Origin: an uncultured virus (IMG/VR IMGVR_UViG_3300032180_000385)
Lineage: Duplodnaviria; Heunggongvirae; Uroviricota; Caudoviricetes
IMG/VR virus record: IMGVR_UViG_3300032180_000385
Location: 1 to 64,000 of that record
Reading direction: 5' to 3' (one strand)
DNA length: 64,000 nt
Both the position numbers and the translations under genes were made by a program. Shown here one piece after another: positions 18,020 to 27,717 of the stretch (position 1 is the first letter of the stretch; each line of letters opens with the position of its first letter). Under the pieces are notes generated by a model. That model was not told the DNA's origin. It made no database searches and saw nothing but the letters and a program-made list of their open reading frames with translations.

Positions 18020-19221
18020 ATGCAGCTTACCTTGCTGGCACTGCTCGTCCCCTGGGTTGTCGCGATCACAGCAGTCACCATCGCTTGGCGGGGGAATCAG
18101 GCCTGGAAAAAGAAACAGGCAGCCGAAAAAGAGAGAAGAAGGGTTATCCCGAGAGTGAGCACCAGCGCCTGCCCAGGAGCGTACAACCTCAGTTGCACCT
18201 GCACCGGTAACTGCGGTTTCAGTCAGCCACAGCCGTTCATGTTTTACGGGAAACCCGCCTGCGATTGCCTATCCTGCATAATTGCCATGTCCGGCGGATT
18301 TTCGGCGGGCAGCGGGGGCGGTGGCAGTGCGGGCAGCAGCTTCGCATCGGGAGGCAACGGAGTATATATGGGTAACGTCAGCGGAGGAGGAGGAGCGGGC
18401 GGTGGCAGTGCGGGCAGCAGCTTCGCATCGGGAGGCAACGGAGTATATATATGGGTAACGTCAGCGGAGGAGGAGGAGGAGCGGGCGGCAGCACGGGAAT
18501 CAGCAGTACCGGATTTAGCGTCGGCAGCAACGGAAAAAGCATAGTCGGAAACGGAGTTCTTGGCAGCATGAGCGGGCAGGGTCGAGCCGGACGCGCAGGT
18601 ATGGCGGGCTTTGGCGAGCAGGATTACGCGTTCGCCGTCGGAAGCGTCCGCGGGTTTCGTATCTGGCGGATGACATCACCGCCACTGCACCAGAACCCGC
18701 ATGAGGCCTCCTGGGTGCCTACCTTGCTCCGAGGCCAGGCAAGCATGGAGTGGCGTCCCGGTGTGCAGGAAGCCTTGTGCAAGTACGTTCCCTCTCACAA
18801 GCCTCCTGTTGAATATGATACAAACGAGAAAGCCGAATGTGGCTGCGGCTATTGGGCGTATTGGAGCATGAGTGAACTCGGCTCGATGGTTACCGCCGAC
18901 AGCAGTTCTCTCCCGATCGCCGGGATCATCGAAGGTACCGGACGAGTCATCATCGGCGAGAAAGGCTTCCGCAGCCAGCGCGCAGCCATCCTCGCGCTCG
19001 CGCCCGCGTTCAGCATCCAGATCCAGGGCGGAGCTTCCGGGCAATCCGAAGAAACCGACCGATCTGACGAAGACCGCGAGCTGAGAGAAGCGCAGGAAAA
19101 CGGCGATAGCTGGAGCGGCATCATTCAGGTCAAGCTGATGGAAATGTACCCAGACGCGCAGGTCTTCAGTACCGTCGACGGAATGCTAGCAACCATTAAA
19201 ACCGGTGAAATGAGCGAGTAA
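18020..19221 (+). pseudogene. membrane-anchored Gly-rich/Cys protein split by a 2-nt slip in a TA tract
   Basis: ORFs 18020-18544 and 18451-19221 join if the extra TA in the second 81-bp repeat copy is removed; C-terminal part has GFRIW, CGCGYWAY, GEKGFRS. Confidence 0.6.
18316..18488 (+). repeat. 81-bp tandem duplication (Gly/Ser-rich)
   Basis: copies start at 18316 and 18397; differ in TA and GGA tract lengths. Confidence 0.85.
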
Positions 19222-20015
19222 CTGTGGGGGATCATCACTACTTCGTCACCTCTCCGGCCTGGGGGTACAACGACGAAACTGAAATCCGGGATTTTGAACG
19301 CGTGCTTCGGGACCACTTCCGCGACGTCCTGCTGTTTTTCGGCGCGTACGCCATGCACGATAAGGATTTGGATAATTGCGGGGTAGAATTTGATATGCCG
19401 GATAGGGTCGATGCGCTCAGCGGCATCCTGAAAGAGAATATAGCGATCGTGGCCGCCTGGGATCATCCGTGGCAGCTAGAGGAGTACGCAAAACGTGAGC
19501 GGCTGTGGATCGTACCTGGCTGGAAGACGATGGGGCTGGACAAATCGCAGCGTCCGAAGCCGAAACTAACCATTACCCCCTGGGAGCCAAAGAAACCATG
19601 ACGGAACAGCTGGACGACGAGCCGGGTCGCGCCTACTGCCGAGTGCCCGACTGTAGATGGGTTAGCAGGGAGTTCCAGTTCCGGGACATGGCAGGCTGCG
19701 CTGCTTCGTGGCACATATATGAAAAGCACCCGGAAACCTGGCGAGACCTTTTCGGTGATCGCCCGCCGAATGACCCTGACCCGCGTACCGATGCTGGGCT
19801 TGCTGAGATCTTCCTGCGGAACGTACTGGTATTATGGAGACCGACCGGAGATGCTGGTGGTGCGGGATAGCCGTAACCGTGGACATAGATCTACCGGAGA
19901 GCAACGGCCTGATCCGTGATGACAGTACCCTCGACGGAAGTGAATCGTGGATCTGCGCCGATCATGAAGCATGCCTGCGCCGGGCACGGGAGATCAAGTG
20001 GGGAATGGGGTAACG

Positions 20016-20354
20016 ATGGCTCGGTACGGACGACGGCTGACGTCCGCCGAGGCACGCGAGCTGCGGATCATCCGGGTAACCACCCGCGCGAAAGTGGCTG
20101 ATCTCGCCAAGCTGTATAACGTATCGCAAACCACAGTGCTGTCTGTCATCCGCGGGCTGAGCTACCTCGACGCGGGCGGCCCGGCCGATGACGTTATCCT
20201 GCACAAGGACGTCCGACGGGAACACGGTACCGCTGCGTGCTACGCGACCGGATGTCGACTGCCGGCGTGCGTGCAGGCCAACAAGGACCGGAGCCGCGAG
20301 TACCGGCAGCGGAAAAAGAAGGAACGGCAGCAAGAGGGGACAGACCGGTCGTGA
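20016..20354 (+). CDS. HTH plus HGT..CY..GCR..C DNA-binding protein
   Basis: VADLAKLYNVSQTTVLSVIRG; HGTAACYATGCRLPAC. Confidence 0.65.
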   Translation: MARYGRRLTSAEARELRIIRVTTRAKVADLAKLYNVSQTTVLSVIRGLSYLDAGGPADDVILHKDVRREHGTAACYATGCRLPACVQANKDRSREYRQRKKKERQQEGTDRS

Positions 20355-20987
20355 GTGAGGGTGCCGTAACGTATCCGAAAGAACCCTATGAAGCCGCGCG
20401 CCCGTGCCCATACTGCCAGGGTGCCGGGAAAGAACTGGTCATCGTGCAGGTGAAGGTAATCGTGTTCAGTCCGACGGTGATTGGCTACGCGGGAAGATGC
20501 GGCCACATCTGGGATCTCGCCGCTTACCGAATTCAAAAGCAGACAGCATGAACCAGGACGAGCACCTACCTGAAAGATCAAAATGCCTAAGCTAAACGAG
20601 CTAACCCTCAAGCAGGTCAGTGAAGCAGCCTCTGACGTCCGGCGGAACGTTCGCGGGGCAGTTGACGCGGCCAAATCCGGAAACCGGACGGAAGCATACG
20701 CGGCAGCTGAGCGCGCCCAGCACGCAGCCTTTGAACTGAAGCAGTTGTTTGCATGAACCAGGACGAGCACCCGCCTGGCTCGATGGCTGTCTGCCGGCAC
20801 TGCGGAAAGCTGATCACCCGGCTGGTTGCTGGCTGGACCGACCTCGACGGCTTCTTCGCCTGCGTCAAGTCACCGACCTACTCCGTTCGCGACGCGGTGC
20901 TGCACGTTCCCATGCCGGACGGGCTCATCGGCGCAGCCTTCGCATCGATCGTGCCAGACTGAACGGCATCTAGTATGGTAGGGAATC

Positions 20988-21338
20988 ATGACTAATGACC
21001 CTGTGACCCAGATGGCCAGGCGCCCGGGAGCCGGAGTAGCCATTGACCGGGACAAGCTGCTTCGCATGCGCCAGACCATGCTGCTGTCTCGTTCCCAGCT
21101 GGCCGCGAAGATGAGCGATGACGGGGAAACCCCGGAGTTTACGATCACCGCAGACGCGATCGCCAAGATAGAGAACGGCTGGCGAAAGCCGAAAACCGCT
21201 ACCTTTGGCCGGCTCTGTGATGCTCTCGACTGTAAGCCGGAAGATCTCCTGCCCGATATAGGCTCCACCCGGCCGAAACCATGTCCGCATTGCCAGGGGA
21301 TCTTCGGCCATGAAAGCGGCTGCCCTGATGCAACCTGA
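20988..21338 (+). CDS. XRE-family HTH regulator
   Basis: LSRSQLAAK...AIAKIENGWRKPK..TFGRLCDALDCKPEDLL. Confidence 0.85.
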   Translation: MTNDPVTQMARRPGAGVAIDRDKLLRMRQTMLLSRSQLAAKMSDDGETPEFTITADAIAKIENGWRKPKTATFGRLCDALDCKPEDLLPDIGSTRPKPCPHCQGIFGHESGCPDAT

Positions 21339-21601
21339 CGCCACGCTTCTTCCCTATGATGACGAGTACGATAACGAGTACAACGACGAATCTGAGTACA
21401 TACGCCAGCTTGCCCAGTACTATCCGCGCCTGGATAAATACCGAACAGAGGTAACCGAGCTTTCCGACGATCGGGGGTTTTACTGGCATCTCTATTCCCG
21501 CGATAACGGACGGCGCGTCAACGGAGGCCTCGCCGGAACCTGGTCGGGTGCCCTGCATGCCGCCCGCCTAGCAGCAGCATACGGACACGGGAGCGGTGCT
21601 C

Positions 21602-22126
21602 ATGAACGCTACTAGATATCACGTCACTATATTTAACACTATGAAACCAGTCAAAGTTCTACGGATGCCAAGTGGTGAGATAGCGCTGATAGATCCGGAA
21701 AACTGGGCTAAGGTTCAGGAACGTGGATCTTGGCACATTAATAAAACTCCAAGTGGAAAAACATATGTGCGCAGTAGCTCCAATAAAGGACGCCCTAAAG
21801 TACTGCTGCATGTATTCCTTACTGGTTTTCAGGAGACAGATCATATAAATGGTAATGCGCTGGATAACCGAATTGACAATCTAAGATCCGCAACCCGTAA
21901 GCAAAACATGGCTAACCAAAGAATGAAACGTACAAATAGATCAGGCTATAAAGGTGTAAGCTGGAATAGTGATACGGGTAAATGGCGAGCAGATATATCA
22001 AGAGGACCCGCTCACTACCTGGGACAGTTCACTGATCCTGTAGAAGCTGCCAAGGCTTATGACATAGCAGCGCTTAACCTCTACGGAGAGTTTGCTCTAA
22101 CTAACGAAAGGATGGGCTTGCTATGA
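21602..22126 (+). CDS. HNH-AP2 homing endonuclease
   Basis: TDHINGNALDNRIDNLR, SGYKGVSW, AAKAYD..A...YGEFALTN; AT-rich. Confidence 0.9.
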   Translation: MNATRYHVTIFNTMKPVKVLRMPSGEIALIDPENWAKVQERGSWHINKTPSGKTYVRSSSNKGRPKVLLHVFLTGFQETDHINGNALDNRIDNLRSATRKQNMANQRMKRTNRSGYKGVSWNSDTGKWRADISRGPAHYLGQFTDPVEAAKAYDIAALNLYGEFALTNERMGLL

Positions 22127-22372
22127 GGTACCACGTTACCCCATGGGGTTTTTTACTGGCTTGTCATCCTGATAGCTATTGTCGGACCGGAGGTTTACTG
22201 GGTTTTCGTCAATGGTGCCAACACTATTTCAGATAACACCTGGGCGGTCGAGCGCCTGGACTCGCATCCGTTCGACATGTCCGACTGGACCTGGCTGCAC
22301 TGGACTATCGCGCTCCTGCTCTGGTCTCTCTTCGGATGGCTCTCGCTGCACCTCCCCTTCCATATCCTTTAG
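22123..22372 (+). pseudogene. small membrane protein with +1 frameshift in a G4T6 run
   Basis: removing one T at 22149-22154 gives MRYHVTPWGFYWLVILIAIVGPEVYW...LPFHIL*. Confidence 0.5.
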
Positions 22373-22442
22373 CACAAAATAATTATCCCGCGGCTGGTTT
22401 CTGTCCGGAACTGGAGCCGGGTCTTTCTTAGAAAGGCACGGC

Positions 22443-23144
22443 ATGCGGAAGATAAAGAAATTCTCACTCACGATCCTCGTCTTTTCTGGTCTGCTCACTC
22501 TACTGGCTTTTACAGGTAACCAGGCTCCTGCTGTATCAGCGCTCCCCGCCCCACCGCACGGCTACCATCTGACCTATAGCCATGACTTTGCAACCCAGGG
22601 CTGGGGCGACTGGTCAATTACCTCGCAGAACGGCGCAACAGAAGCTGTTACCAGTCAGGGACTCGGTTCAACCCTGACAGCCACGATGCAGAATGTTGGC
22701 GCAAGTTCAGCCTTTGCGTTCAAGCCAGGCTCGTTTATCCAGGGATACGTGTATCTGGACCCGATTAACGGGGTAATTGCTAACTGGCCCGCGTTCTGGT
22801 CAGTCGGCCCGAACTGGCCGTATGGCGGGGAGATCGATTTCGTGGAAGGGCTGGGCGGATCCGCCTGCTGGCACACGCATTACCCAAACGACCCTAACCC
22901 GGGTGGTTGCGCCCCGGCCGGGCAGTTCACCGGCTGGCACGTCTTCTCCGCGCTCTGGACGCACGGGAAGGTTACCTTCTGGTACGACAGCCAGCAAGTA
23001 GGGACCGAACCGCTGACGACAGATAAAAATCTTCAGCTTGAGTTCGGTTCCACGTCAAACGATTTCGGCTGCTCGATCTGTCTCGGACCTCCGAAGTACC
23101 CGTCAACGGTTTATCTTCAGTGGGTGAAGGTCTGGCATAAGTAG
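22443..23144 (+). CDS. secreted GH16 glycoside hydrolase
   Basis: signal peptide; NWPAFW...GEIDFVEG (ExDxxE); WHVFSALW. Confidence 0.85.
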   Translation: MRKIKKFSLTILVFSGLLTLLAFTGNQAPAVSALPAPPHGYHLTYSHDFATQGWGDWSITSQNGATEAVTSQGLGSTLTATMQNVGASSAFAFKPGSFIQGYVYLDPINGVIANWPAFWSVGPNWPYGGEIDFVEGLGGSACWHTHYPNDPNPGGCAPAGQFTGWHVFSALWTHGKVTFWYDSQQVGTEPLTTDKNLQLEFGSTSNDFGCSICLGPPKYPSTVYLQWVKVWHK

Positions 23145-23516
23145 TCAGGGGGCAGGCGTTTTCGCGGGCAGTTTCGCCAGTGGCGTGAGGTTCTGCCGGA
23201 GCAGCAAGCCGAGAACGATGCTAACGGCCGCCGTAGTCGATCCGATCGCTGATGGAGAGAAATGCAAGTGGAAGGCGCCGAGCGCGATCAGCACGGACGT
23301 GAGACCGCCCTTGATCACCGGAAGGGACACTTCGCGAACGAGCACGGCGGTGAGAATCGAGAGCACAGCAGTAGTAATAACGGTGATCGCTCCGGTCTGG
23401 TCGGCGGTGAGATGCCAGCCCCAGGACACGGCTAGCGCTACCGCAGTGTTAACGCCGAACAGGATGACGGCCGGCTCCGTCCGGATGAGGTTCAGCAGCT
23501 GCTTGAGGTAATTCAC
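23145..23516 (-). CDS. putative holin
   Basis: about 4 TM segments, EPA and RQNLTP motifs; follows the peptidase. Confidence 0.65.
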   Translation of the reverse strand: MNYLKQLLNLIRTEPAVILFGVNTAVALAVSWGWHLTADQTGAITVITTAVLSILTAVLVREVSLPVIKGGLTSVLIALGAFHLHFSPSAIGSTTAAVSIVLGLLLRQNLTPLAKLPAKTPAP

Positions 23517-23518
23517 GG

Positions 23519-24412
23519 TCAGGCCTTTCGGTTACGGGTCAGCAGGGTTACCAGGGCGAGAAGGCACCCGGATGGAGAAGGCGCCGAAGACGGCGGAGTA
23601 GAAGACGAACTCGGTGCGAGCGGCGGTGACGATGCGGGGGCGGGAAAGGGATTCTGCCCGGTAATCGCATTAAATTCGGAGCCGAGCGTCACCAGATCGA
23701 CACCATCCGGATCCTTCCCGCTCGTTTTGTTTACCCAGTTAAGGCTGACCGGCGCCCAGGCTTCGCTGCTGAAGGTGGACCAGAAATTCCAGTCCATGTG
23801 CCAGAGTTTCCCCCAGGTGAGCAGCAGGAAACCAGCCGCGTCGTACCCGCAAATCAAAACGCAGTGCCCGCCGGCCAGCGAAGTGTCAGTGGTAACGATC
23901 CACGGCTGACCGTTATCGAATTGCGTGATGGCACTGTTCGGCAGGTTCAGCGCGACGGACAGGCAGCCGAACTCCCAGATCGCGGTCTTCATCTTCTCGA
24001 TGGCGGTAATGTCCACCTCGCCGTAAGCCGCGATCATCACGCCCGCCATGCCGGGGTTTTTCAGGTAGCTGAGGCCGTCCGGGATCTGCGCTCCGTTATC
24101 GGTCGGGTTGCGGCCTGGCGGCCCTGCGTTCGGGTCGAAGCCGCCAACCACCTCGTACGCTGTCAGCACCGCATCGTCGGGGACGGTAACCTCGGAGCCC
24201 TGACCGAACCAGGTCTGCTGCTGTATGATATTCGCATCACTCGCGAGTACACAGCACCCGTACGTATCATTCAGGTGCATTCCTATCACAGGGATACCTG
24301 AGCCCCAGTTAACGCTCGGCGGGGCCACGTTCTCACGTAGGGAGGCGGTCAGCCGGACTCGGGGGCGTTCCGATGGTGTCGGGACTAGTCCGCCCCGGAA
24401 TACGGTTGTCAT
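23519..24412 (-). CDS. papain-like cysteine peptidase, candidate endolysin
   Basis: NDTYGCCV (Cys), GGHCVLICGYD (His), TWG; adjacent to the holin. Confidence 0.7.
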   Translation of the reverse strand: MTTVFRGGLVPTPSERPRVRLTASLRENVAPPSVNWGSGIPVIGMHLNDTYGCCVLASDANIIQQQTWFGQGSEVTVPDDAVLTAYEVVGGFDPNAGPPGRNPTDNGAQIPDGLSYLKNPGMAGVMIAAYGEVDITAIEKMKTAIWEFGCLSVALNLPNSAITQFDNGQPWIVTTDTSLAGGHCVLICGYDAAGFLLLTWGKLWHMDWNFWSTFSSEAWAPVSLNWVNKTSGKDPDGVDLVTLGSEFNAITGQNPFPAPASSPPLAPSSSSTPPSSAPSPSGCLLALVTLLTRNRKA

Positions 24413-24713
24413 AGGGCCATCCTATCGTGCTTCCGGTTTCTTCTCTTCCGGCCGGTACTCCCAGGTTCGCCAGCCAGTCCGTCGGAAGCCCTCGCGCTTC
24501 AGCCGCCGAACCTGCCACGGCCAGGAGATCGCAATCCAGATCCGCAGGAAGAAACGGCTGCGCCGGGGAACACCCTCCATGCCTAACGGACCTTTCCGGG
24601 TAATCTGGGAGCCACCGCACGATACGGTCTGGCTGGCCACGCTGCTCCCCCAAGTGCTGGAGATGGCGATAGTCTGCGGACTCGTTGTGTCGAAGTTTAC
24701 CCCGGTAGCTTGG

Positions 24714-24742
24714 TTGTCGAACAAAGTATTACATGTTATGCT
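24714..24742 (+). promoter_or_regulatory. sigma70-like promoter of the HNH gene (near-leaderless)
   Basis: TTGTCG-17 nt-TATGCT, 6 nt before ATG 24749. Confidence 0.55.
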
Positions 24743-24748
24743 AAAACC

Positions 24749-25459
24749 ATGAGCGGACCAGCAGGCGTTACCTACCCGCCCGGCTATCGTTTCGGCCGGG
24801 GCACCGTCATTGAAGAAGTCAGGTTTCCCACAACAGACCCCCGGTACCGGAGCGGCGTTCGCGGCATAAGACTGAGGTGTGACTGCGGAAACGTTTACGA
24901 AGTTCGGCTCGCAGCGCTGACTAAAAAGTATAAGCCAACCCAATCGTGCGGATGCCTGATGCGGGAAGTAGCACAAACAGCCTCCATAACGCATGGTCTT
25001 ACTTATCACCCTCTTTACGAAGAATGGAGTAACATCAAACAGCGATGTTATAACCCGGATAATACCTCGTTCAGGTGGTATGGAGGGAGAATCACCCTGT
25101 GCAAGCGCTGGCACGATCCTGAGCTTTTCATAAAGGATATATTGGCCGAAATCGGTCCGAGACCTAAGGGGCGCACCCTGTCGGGAAAGATGCCAGCTTG
25201 GTGGATCGACCGTATCGATAATGATGGTGACTATAAACAAGGTAACGTCCGCTGGGTCACGCCAACTAAATCGACTCATAATCAACGTAGACACTGGGAT
25301 ACTAAACTTGATCCCGAGAAGATAATTGATATTAAGCGACGGCTCATTGCAGGTGAGAGCGGGATTTCGATAGCCAGATCTTACGGTGTATCGAAAGGGC
25401 ATATTAGCCGAATTAAAACCGGTAAAGCATGGTCTCATATCAAGGACCTTTCCGGGTGA
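24749..25459 (+). CDS. HNH-type homing endonuclease with C-terminal HTH
   Basis: CDCG, SCGC, THG..HPLY..W..IKQRC.NP, IDRIDNDGDY..GNVRW, SIARSYGVSKGHISRIKTGK. Confidence 0.85.
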   Translation: MSGPAGVTYPPGYRFGRGTVIEEVRFPTTDPRYRSGVRGIRLRCDCGNVYEVRLAALTKKYKPTQSCGCLMREVAQTASITHGLTYHPLYEEWSNIKQRCYNPDNTSFRWYGGRITLCKRWHDPELFIKDILAEIGPRPKGRTLSGKMPAWWIDRIDNDGDYKQGNVRWVTPTKSTHNQRRHWDTKLDPEKIIDIKRRLIAGESGISIARSYGVSKGHISRIKTGKAWSHIKDLSG

Positions 25460-27695
25460 GCTGACTGCCACCGCACGATACGGTCTGGCTGGCAACGCTG
25501 CTCCCCCAGACGCTAGAAATGGCGATAGTCTGCGCGCTAGTCGTATCGAATGCTACGGACGTACTTTGTGAGCTTAGGTATGCGTTGTTATTATTTGATC
25601 CCGATGAGCGATTGGCGTTGATTCCGATCCCGCCATCGATAAAAAGGCTTACCTTACCCGAAGATCCGGCAGTAGTTATCATTGCTTTCAACGTGATATG
25701 CCCGGAAAATGCCTGACCAGCACTGAAGAATCCTCCGCCGATTGTGTCGCCTCCGCTAGTCGTCTCAACGGTGCCCGACAGGTTCGGCTTAAACCCGAGC
25801 GTAGCTGTTTCGAAGGTACCATTAAACTCCGCTTCCACCTCATAAATGGTACCGACTACCGCGTCATTCGCCGGAATGGCCCAGGCGACTGTCATCAACT
25901 GCGTGCCATTATTGGCGTTAGTCTTGGCAGTCGTGTCCGTCTGCACGATCGGGAAGGTTCCGGAAAATGCAGCGTTAGTCAGTCCAGACGGCCTGCCAGA
26001 GAGCGTTACCGTTCCTCCGATAGCCTGAATCTCAACACCTTCCGTACCTGCCTGGATCAGGAAACCGGTCGTCGGGTTCCACCATTGAAGTGCCCCTATG
26101 GCAGACCACGGGCTGACGCTCCCGGTCATCGCACTGGCCTTGTACCAGTTGATCGCACCGCCTTGCTGGAGCTGCATCGCAATGTAACCAGATCCAGTAA
26201 TCGTGTCAGGCCCGTAGGTTACCAGCCCGGGGAGCAGCCAGTTACCGTACTGATCCTGAGCTTCCGACGGCGCGACGTTGCTTGCCAGCAGGGTATTCGC
26301 ACCTCCGACGGACAAGTACTGGCCGCTCACGGTACCGTCCGCCCCGTTACCGCCCTTTGGCGGGGCCGCAGCGGTGTGCCCGTACACGGTAAGAACCGGC
26401 GCCTGGGTACCGCCGCCGGCTCCGGCGAAAGAACAGCGATAGCTCGTATCCAGAGCAGGAGCGAGGCCGAAGGTTAGCGCGGTGGCGGTCCCGGCCTTCA
26501 AGGCGGTAAGAAAGCCGGTGGCCGCGGTGAGATCGATCACCGTGGTAACGCCCGCAAAGGCAGTGAAACTCTGGATTTGCGTGATGGCCGGAGACAGGCC
26601 GGTCCAGGATGGTCCGATGCCCGGCCCAAAGGTCGCGTACCCAAGCTTGACGGTCGCCCAGGCGCTGTACGTGGTCAGGCAGGTCAAGGTTAGCGTTACC
26701 CGGTCGATGGTCACGGTTGCCAGGTCGCTGGCTATCGACGACGGCAGGATCATGCCAGATTTCTGGGTGCCGTACAAGTTCCCCGGGCTGCCGGAAACGC
26801 CACCCTGATGCAGGGTGCCATCCGAGGGCGTAGAATTAGCCAGCTGATTGGCGCCACCTCCGATCGCGTCACTGCCATTCCAGGTTCCAGACAACGTTGG
26901 GTTGTAGACATGCGTGACCTGACCCGCTGCCGAGGCCGCCCCCGCACCGCCGCCGCCCGCACCAGGCGACGCACCGTTGCTGCCGCTAACGCCCGCATTA
27001 CCGCCGGCACCGCCCGCGCCGCCGCCAATCGAGCCTGCTAGGCCACCCAGGGCTCCACCGCTCCCGCCAGACGTAGCACCATCGCCGCCATCGTCGGCGT
27101 TTCCCGCGCTCCCGCCGCCACCGCAGCCGCCCGTTGACTGAGTGCCGTCACCGCCGCCGATGCCGCCGTCCTGCCCGTTACTGCTGAGACCGGATGGAGC
27201 GCTGCCGCCCGTTCCGCCAGATCCCCCGATGAGGTTACTTCCGGCGTTACCTCCATTAGCTGATATTCCCCCGAGGGCGCTGCCGAGATCAAAGGAGGAA
27301 GCCGTGCCAGGCTGACCAGGATTTCCGGTTGTACCGCCGCTGCCGCCCGCGCCAACGGTATATGAATATATTTGACCTGGGGTTACTGGATAAGCTGGGC
27401 AGGAAAAGTACTCGCCTCCGCCGCCGCCTTCCCCGCCTTTCGCCGATGTTCCGCCGCCACCGCCCGCTCCCGCACCCCAGCACTGCATCAGAAGCGACGT
27501 TACACCGGCCGGGCAGGTCCAGGTATACGTTCCCGCAGCGGTGGCTGGCATTCCGGCGGGACTGTTAGCCGTAATTTCCCAGACAATGCTTCCGTTCGGC
27601 GGCGGCTGCGCGACAAGCGCGTTGAACCGCTGTTCCAGTCCCTGCAGCTTCGCGAGGCCCTTGGGCAGAAGCTGTGCTCTCGAAGGGGTGGGCAT
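25440..27695 (-). CDS. glycine-rich minor tail / tail fibre protein
   Basis: WTCPAGVT...CWGAGAGGG Gly-rich domain; position in the tail module. Confidence 0.8.
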   Translation of the reverse strand: MPTPSRAQLLPKGLAKLQGLEQRFNALVAQPPPNGSIVWEITANSPAGMPATAAGTYTWTCPAGVTSLLMQCWGAGAGGGGGTSAKGGEGGGGGEYFSCPAYPVTPGQIYSYTVGAGGSGGTTGNPGQPGTASSFDLGSALGGISANGGNAGSNLIGGSGGTGGSAPSGLSSNGQDGGIGGGDGTQSTGGCGGGGSAGNADDGGDGATSGGSGGALGGLAGSIGGGAGGAGGNAGVSGSNGASPGAGGGGAGAASAAGQVTHVYNPTLSGTWNGSDAIGGGANQLANSTPSDGTLHQGGVSGSPGNLYGTQKSGMILPSSIASDLATVTIDRVTLTLTCLTTYSAWATVKLGYATFGPGIGPSWTGLSPAITQIQSFTAFAGVTTVIDLTAATGFLTALKAGTATALTFGLAPALDTSYRCSFAGAGGGTQAPVLTVYGHTAAAPPKGGNGADGTVSGQYLSVGGANTLLASNVAPSEAQDQYGNWLLPGLVTYGPDTITGSGYIAMQLQQGGAINWYKASAMTGSVSPWSAIGALQWWNPTTGFLIQAGTEGVEIQAIGGTVTLSGRPSGLTNAAFSGTFPIVQTDTTAKTNANNGTQLMTVAWAIPANDAVVGTIYEVEAEFNGTFETATLGFKPNLSGTVETTSGGDTIGGGFFSAGQAFSGHITLKAMITTAGSSGKVSLFIDGGIGINANRSSGSNNNNAYLSSQSTSVAFDTTSAQTIAISSVWGSSVASQTVSCGGSQLTRKGP

Positions 27696-27717
27696 CGTTT
27701 GTCGGTCCGTCCTCTGA

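Noticed and set aside
24422..25495. 357-aa minus-strand ORF (and likewise 32835-33650)
   Set aside because: antisense shadow of the HNH gene joined to an orphan duplicated terminus; only 24422-24580 may be a real small gene
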